From: an uncultured delta proteobacterium
GTDB lineage: Bacteria > Myxococcota > Myxococcia > Myxococcales > Myxococcaceae
DNA length: 64,000 nucleotides
Assembly (NCBI GenBank): GCA_963796055.1
Contig: CAWCKH010000004.1
Location: 1,376,001 to 1,440,000, forward strand
Direction of reading: 5' to 3'
The notes under the pieces: generated by a model
The model's input: only the letters and a program-made list of their open reading frames with translations
The model's database searches: none
Told to the model about the DNA's origin: nothing
Part shown: positions 60,306 to 64,000 of the stretch, one piece after another
Position numbering within the stretch: position 1 is the first letter of the stretch
Layout: each line of letters begins with the position of its first letter
Translations under genes and position numbers: made by a program

Positions 60306-60593
60306 ATGGCTGACCCAAAGCTGCCCGAGACCGCGCTGCAGATCCACATCGACGACGCGGTCGCCGACGGGGCCTACGTGAACATGGCCCTGGTGAACCA
60401 CACCGACTCCGAGTTCACCCTGGACTTCATCTACGTTCAGCCCCAGCAGCCCAAGGCGCGGGTGAAGGCGCGGGTCATCACCAGCCCCCGGCACATGAAG
60501 CGACTGGTCGCGGCGATGGTGGACAACCTCCAGAAGTACGAGGCCAAGTACGGAGTCATCGACGCCGGCGACCCCAGCCTCCCGGTGCACTGA
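60306..60593 (+). CDS. DUF3467-like protein
   Basis: YVNMALVNHTDSEFTLDF...RVITSPRHMKRL...YEAKYGVI. Confidence 0.85.
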   Translation: MADPKLPETALQIHIDDAVADGAYVNMALVNHTDSEFTLDFIYVQPQQPKARVKARVITSPRHMKRLVAAMVDNLQKYEAKYGVIDAGDPSLPVH

Positions 60594-61498
60594 TGCAGCA
60601 GGGTGCGCCCCAGACGGAAGGCGACCTCGGCCGGCGGATGACCGAGTTCATCGAGGGGCTGCAGCGCACCATCTGCTCGGCCGTCGAGGCAGAGGACGGC
60701 GGGGCCACCTTTCGCGAGGACGTCTGGGAGCGGCCGGGAGGCGGGGGAGGCCGTACCCGCGTCCTCGAGGGTGGCACGGTGTTCGAGAAGGGCGGGGTCA
60801 ACGTCTCCACGGTGTGGGGCGAGCTGGAGGAGCAGTTCGCCAAGAGGCTCCAGGGCGAGGGCCGCCGGTTCTTCGCCGCGGGGCTGAGCCTCATCCTCCA
60901 CCCCCGCAACCCGCGGGTCCCCACGGTCCATGCCAACTGGCGCTTCATCCAGCAGGGCGGTACGGCCTGGTTCGGCGGCGGCGCGGACCTCACCCCGCAT
61001 TACCTCTACGAGGAGGACGCGGTGCACTTCCACCGCGTGCTCCGCGAGGTCTGCGAGAAGCACGAGCCCGGCAGCTACGCCCGCCAGAAGGTCGATTGCG
61101 ATCGCTACTTCTGGATCACCCACCGCGACGAGGCCCGTGGGGTGGGCGGCATCTTCTTCGAGAACACCGGGCGGCCGCTGGAGCAGGAGTTCGCCTTCGT
61201 CCAGGATTGCGGACGGGCCTTCCTCCCTGCGTACCTGCCCATCGTGCAGCGGCGCCGGGACCTCCCCTATTCGGCCCAGCACCGGCGCTGGCAGCTGCTC
61301 CGGCGCGGGCGGTACGTCGAGTTCAACCTGGTGTACGACCGGGGCACGGTGTTCGGCCTCCAGACGCGCGGACGGACGGAGAGCATCCTGGTGTCCATGC
61401 CGCCGGAGGTGGCCTGGGGATACGACGTGCAGCCCGAACCGGGGAGCGAGGAGGCCAGGCTGGTGGCCGTTCTCCGGGACCCGCGCGCCTGGGTGTGA
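60593..61498 (+). CDS. hemF: Oxygen-dependent coproporphyrinogen III oxidase
   Basis: FEKGGVN, HPRNPRVPTVHAN, WFGGGADLTP, RGVGGIFF, RRGRYVEFNL, ESILVSMP. Confidence 0.97.
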   Translation: MQQGAPQTEGDLGRRMTEFIEGLQRTICSAVEAEDGGATFREDVWERPGGGGGRTRVLEGGTVFEKGGVNVSTVWGELEEQFAKRLQGEGRRFFAAGLSLILHPRNPRVPTVHANWRFIQQGGTAWFGGGADLTPHYLYEEDAVHFHRVLREVCEKHEPGSYARQKVDCDRYFWITHRDEARGVGGIFFENTGRPLEQEFAFVQDCGRAFLPAYLPIVQRRRDLPYSAQHRRWQLLRRGRYVEFNLVYDRGTVFGLQTRGRTESILVSMPPEVAWGYDVQPEPGSEEARLVAVLRDPRAWV

Positions 61499-61542
61499 GA
61501 GCGGAAACGCACCGGCGGGCCTGCTAGGTTGTCTTCCTCCCG

Positions 61543-62157
61543 GTGGCCACCGACGACCACAGTCTGGTCCTTCGCGCCCGCTCCGGCGACGAGCGCGCTT
61601 TCCGGACCCTGGTGGAGCGCTACCAGAAGAAGGTCTACGCGGTCGCGGTGGGGATGGTGAAGGACCGCGAGGAGGCCATGGACGTGGTCCAGGAGGCCTT
61701 CGTGAAGGTCCACCGGTCGCTGGACAGCTTCAAGGCCGACGCGACCTTCTACACCTGGCTCTACCGGATCACCGTGAACGTCTGCATCGACGTCATCCGC
61801 CGCCGTGGCGCGATGCGCAGCGACTCGGTCGAGTTCGACGAGCGCGTTGGCCATGACCTGGCCGAGGCCAACCTGGGCGCGGTCTCTTCCCAGCTGGGGA
61901 GCAACCCCGAGCGGTCGGCGCTCCAGCGCGAGGTGGGAGAGAAGATCCAGGCCGCCCTGGAGCAGATCCCCGAGAAGCACCGCGCCATCCTCCTGCTCCG
62001 TGAGCTGGACGGGCTGAGCTACGAGGAGCTATCGCAAGTCCTCGAAATTCCTAAAGGAACCGTCATGTCCCGGCTCTTCCATGCCCGGGCCAAGGTGCAG
62101 AAGCTGCTGTCGGAGTCGCTGGACATTCCACTGCCCTCCGAAGGCGAGAAAGACTGA
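61543..62157 (+). CDS. ECF (RpoE-like) sigma factor
   Basis: DVVQEAF, FYTWLYRI, LSYEELS, GTVMSRLFHAR. Confidence 0.93.
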   Translation: MATDDHSLVLRARSGDERAFRTLVERYQKKVYAVAVGMVKDREEAMDVVQEAFVKVHRSLDSFKADATFYTWLYRITVNVCIDVIRRRGAMRSDSVEFDERVGHDLAEANLGAVSSQLGSNPERSALQREVGEKIQAALEQIPEKHRAILLLRELDGLSYEELSQVLEIPKGTVMSRLFHARAKVQKLLSESLDIPLPSEGEKD

Positions 62158-62218
62158 TGACGAAGGGCCAGAATATGAGCCAGGGTGCCTGCGTCCGACG
62201 GCGGAAGGGCCGGTTGTC

Positions 62219-62782
62219 ATGTCGCTGAATCCCGCAACTCTCCAGCTGCTCTCCGCCTATCTGGACGGGGAGCTCACCGCCGCCGAGCGCGAGACGGTGG
62301 AGCGCGCCCTGGCCACGAACCCCCGTATGCGCGAGATCGAGCAGTCGATGCGCCAGGTGGGCACGGCGATGCGGGTGGTGTCCGACGCCGAGGTGGCCCG
62401 GACCGACTTCTCGGGCCTCGCGGACCGGGTGCTCGGTCGGGTGTCGCGCCGGGCCGGCCTGCTCGACCGCCTCCGCGAGGCCTGGCGCCGTCCGTGGCTG
62501 CCCATGGGGGGCCTGGTCGCGGTCGCCGCAGCGGCCTTCTTCGCCCTCCGTCCCGTCGCTCCGGTGCCGCCCCCTGGCGTCGTGGTGCAGTCGGCCACCG
62601 CGGACACTCCGTCCCAGGTGCAGCCGGTGGTGCTCAAGACCGAGTCCGGGGACGCCATCATCTGGCTGGTCGAGCATCCGGACGCCTCGGGCAACCACCG
62701 ACCCACCGTGCTGCCGCCCGACAAGCCGGGCGTGCAGGCACCCGTCCCCGCTCAGCAGAGGCCCCGCGCGGGGGAGCTGTGA
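62219..62782 (+). CDS. Membrane anti-sigma factor
   Basis: LSAYLDGEL N-terminal anti-sigma domain, single TM; follows the ECF gene. Confidence 0.8.
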   Translation: MSLNPATLQLLSAYLDGELTAAERETVERALATNPRMREIEQSMRQVGTAMRVVSDAEVARTDFSGLADRVLGRVSRRAGLLDRLREAWRRPWLPMGGLVAVAAAAFFALRPVAPVPPPGVVVQSATADTPSQVQPVVLKTESGDAIIWLVEHPDASGNHRPTVLPPDKPGVQAPVPAQQRPRAGEL

Positions 62783-63189
62783 CCGCGCTCGCAGGGGTGA
62801 TGTCGCTCGGCGTGGCGGCGGTGCTCGCCACGGGGCCGGTCAAGGTGAACGTCCAGGTGGTGCACGCCTCCAACGGCGCACCACACGTGGATCCGGGTCT
62901 GGAGAAGATGCGGGAGGGCTTCGAGAAGGCCGGGCTCCGCTTCACCACCTACCGGCGGCTCTCCGAGCAGACGGTGAGCCTCACCGCAGGCAAGCCCACC
63001 GAGGTGGCCCTGCCGGGGAAGACGGCGACCCTCACCCTGGAGCCCGGTGATCACCCCCGCCCGCGCGTGGCGGTGAGCGTCCCTCCGCTGCGCACCACGG
63101 TGGAGCTCGGTACGGATGCCTCGGCGTTCCTCCAGGCCGGCCCGCACGAGAACGGGCAGCTCGTCTTGGTGCTGGCGGTGGAGAGGTAG
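62779..63189 (+). CDS. Exported hypothetical protein of the ECF operon
   Basis: Signal-like N-terminus; GTGA overlap with the anti-sigma gene. Confidence 0.7.
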   Translation: MTALAGVMSLGVAAVLATGPVKVNVQVVHASNGAPHVDPGLEKMREGFEKAGLRFTTYRRLSEQTVSLTAGKPTEVALPGKTATLTLEPGDHPRPRVAVSVPPLRTTVELGTDASAFLQAGPHENGQLVLVLAVER

Positions 63190-63247
63190 CCGCCCCCCGT
63201 TTCGTGGCGCGGCGGGGCGCGGTCGAGCAGAGTTGTGCCGCTCGCTC

Positions 63248-63976
63248 ATGTGCACCCTGGTCCTGGTCGTCCCGCATCCGGGGGGAGTCCTCCAGGTCGC
63301 CGCCAACCGCGATGAGTTCCTCTCGCGCGCGGCGGCGCCGCCCGAGCCGTCCGCCGACGGGCGCTGGCTCGCCCCGCGTGACCTTCAAGCCGGAGGAACC
63401 TGGCTGGGGCTGACCGCGGCCGGGCTCTTCGTGGGAGTGACGAACCGCGCAGCCGGCCCGCGAGACCCGTTGCGCCGCTCGCGAGGGCTCCTGGTGCTGG
63501 ACGCGCTCGAGTCGCCCGACGCGGTCAGTCTCCACCGCCGGCTGGGCGGGCTCGACCCGGCGGCGTACAACGGCTTTCACCTGGCCTACGCCGATGGGAC
63601 ATTCGCCGGGCTCACCTGGAGCGACGGCCGCGTCCTGCATCAGGAAGCGCTCACGCCCGGGGTGCACCTGCTCACCGAGCAGAGCCGGGGCGCAGGCGAC
63701 GATGGGCCCCGGCGGCGGCTCGTCGAGGAGCGCCTCCCCCCGGGACGGGTGCTGGGTCTGGAGGGCTGGCTGGCGCTGCTCTCGGTGCACGGCCCCGAGC
63801 CCCGGGCGAGGACCTGTGTCCACGCCGACGCGGTGGGCTACGGCACCCGGTCGGCCTTCGTGCTGCACCGCGGGCCGTCGGTGGCCGAGAGCCGCTGTGC
63901 CTGGACCGAGGCGCGCCCCTGCACCACCGCCGCCCGCGACGGGACCGCGCTGATGCGCGCCCTGGGCCGCTGGTAG
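63248..63976 (+). CDS. NRDE/TANGO2 family protein
   Basis: MC N-terminus, AANRDE, RDLQAGGTWLG, VTN, SRGLLV, YGTRS. Confidence 0.92.
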   Translation: MCTLVLVVPHPGGVLQVAANRDEFLSRAAAPPEPSADGRWLAPRDLQAGGTWLGLTAAGLFVGVTNRAAGPRDPLRRSRGLLVLDALESPDAVSLHRRLGGLDPAAYNGFHLAYADGTFAGLTWSDGRVLHQEALTPGVHLLTEQSRGAGDDGPRRRLVEERLPPGRVLGLEGWLALLSVHGPEPRARTCVHADAVGYGTRSAFVLHRGPSVAESRCAWTEARPCTTAARDGTALMRALGRW

Positions 63977-64000
63977 CCTCCCTTCCCGTGCCCGGCCCCA

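Noticed and set aside
57918..60590. Apparent 890-aa glpK fusion in the ORF track
   Set aside because: The upstream extension is an out-of-frame read through the esterase and antisense to DUF3467; GlpK starts at 59402.

Overview
A very GC-rich (roughly 70-75% by eye), gene-dense chromosomal segment from a myxobacterium (Myxococcota). The assignment rests on the AglRQS gliding motor, an AibR-type TetR regulator with mvaS, a split F1-ATPase operon and eukaryote-like Ser/Thr kinases. Most of it is core or near-core: atpH, atpG-atpD-orf-atpC, nadE, proC/proB/proA, mreB, dapD, glpK, hemF, an M16 protease pair, two ECF sigma loci and several regulators. I found no tRNA, rRNA, transposase, integrase or CRISPR array. 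Best candidate for an undescribed system (2973-6520): a histidine kinase and sigma54 enhancer-binding regulator sit divergent from two tandem paralogous 57-58 aa secreted Lys/Ala-rich peptides. Each peptide gene has its own -24/-12 promoter, two palindromic TGnGGA-N5-TCCCCA sites lie upstream, and the shared leader differs only by synonymous changes. Other notable observations: a eukaryote-type alkaline ceramidase, a coupled pair of dynamin-like GTPases, a GAF-PAS-PAS-DHp protein with no kinase domain upstream of aglRQS, an aib operon reduced to aibR-mvaS, a 55-bp orphan inverted repeat, repeated leaderless-type gene starts, and several decayed or frameshifted genes. Family calls come from motif recognition only; no database search was run.
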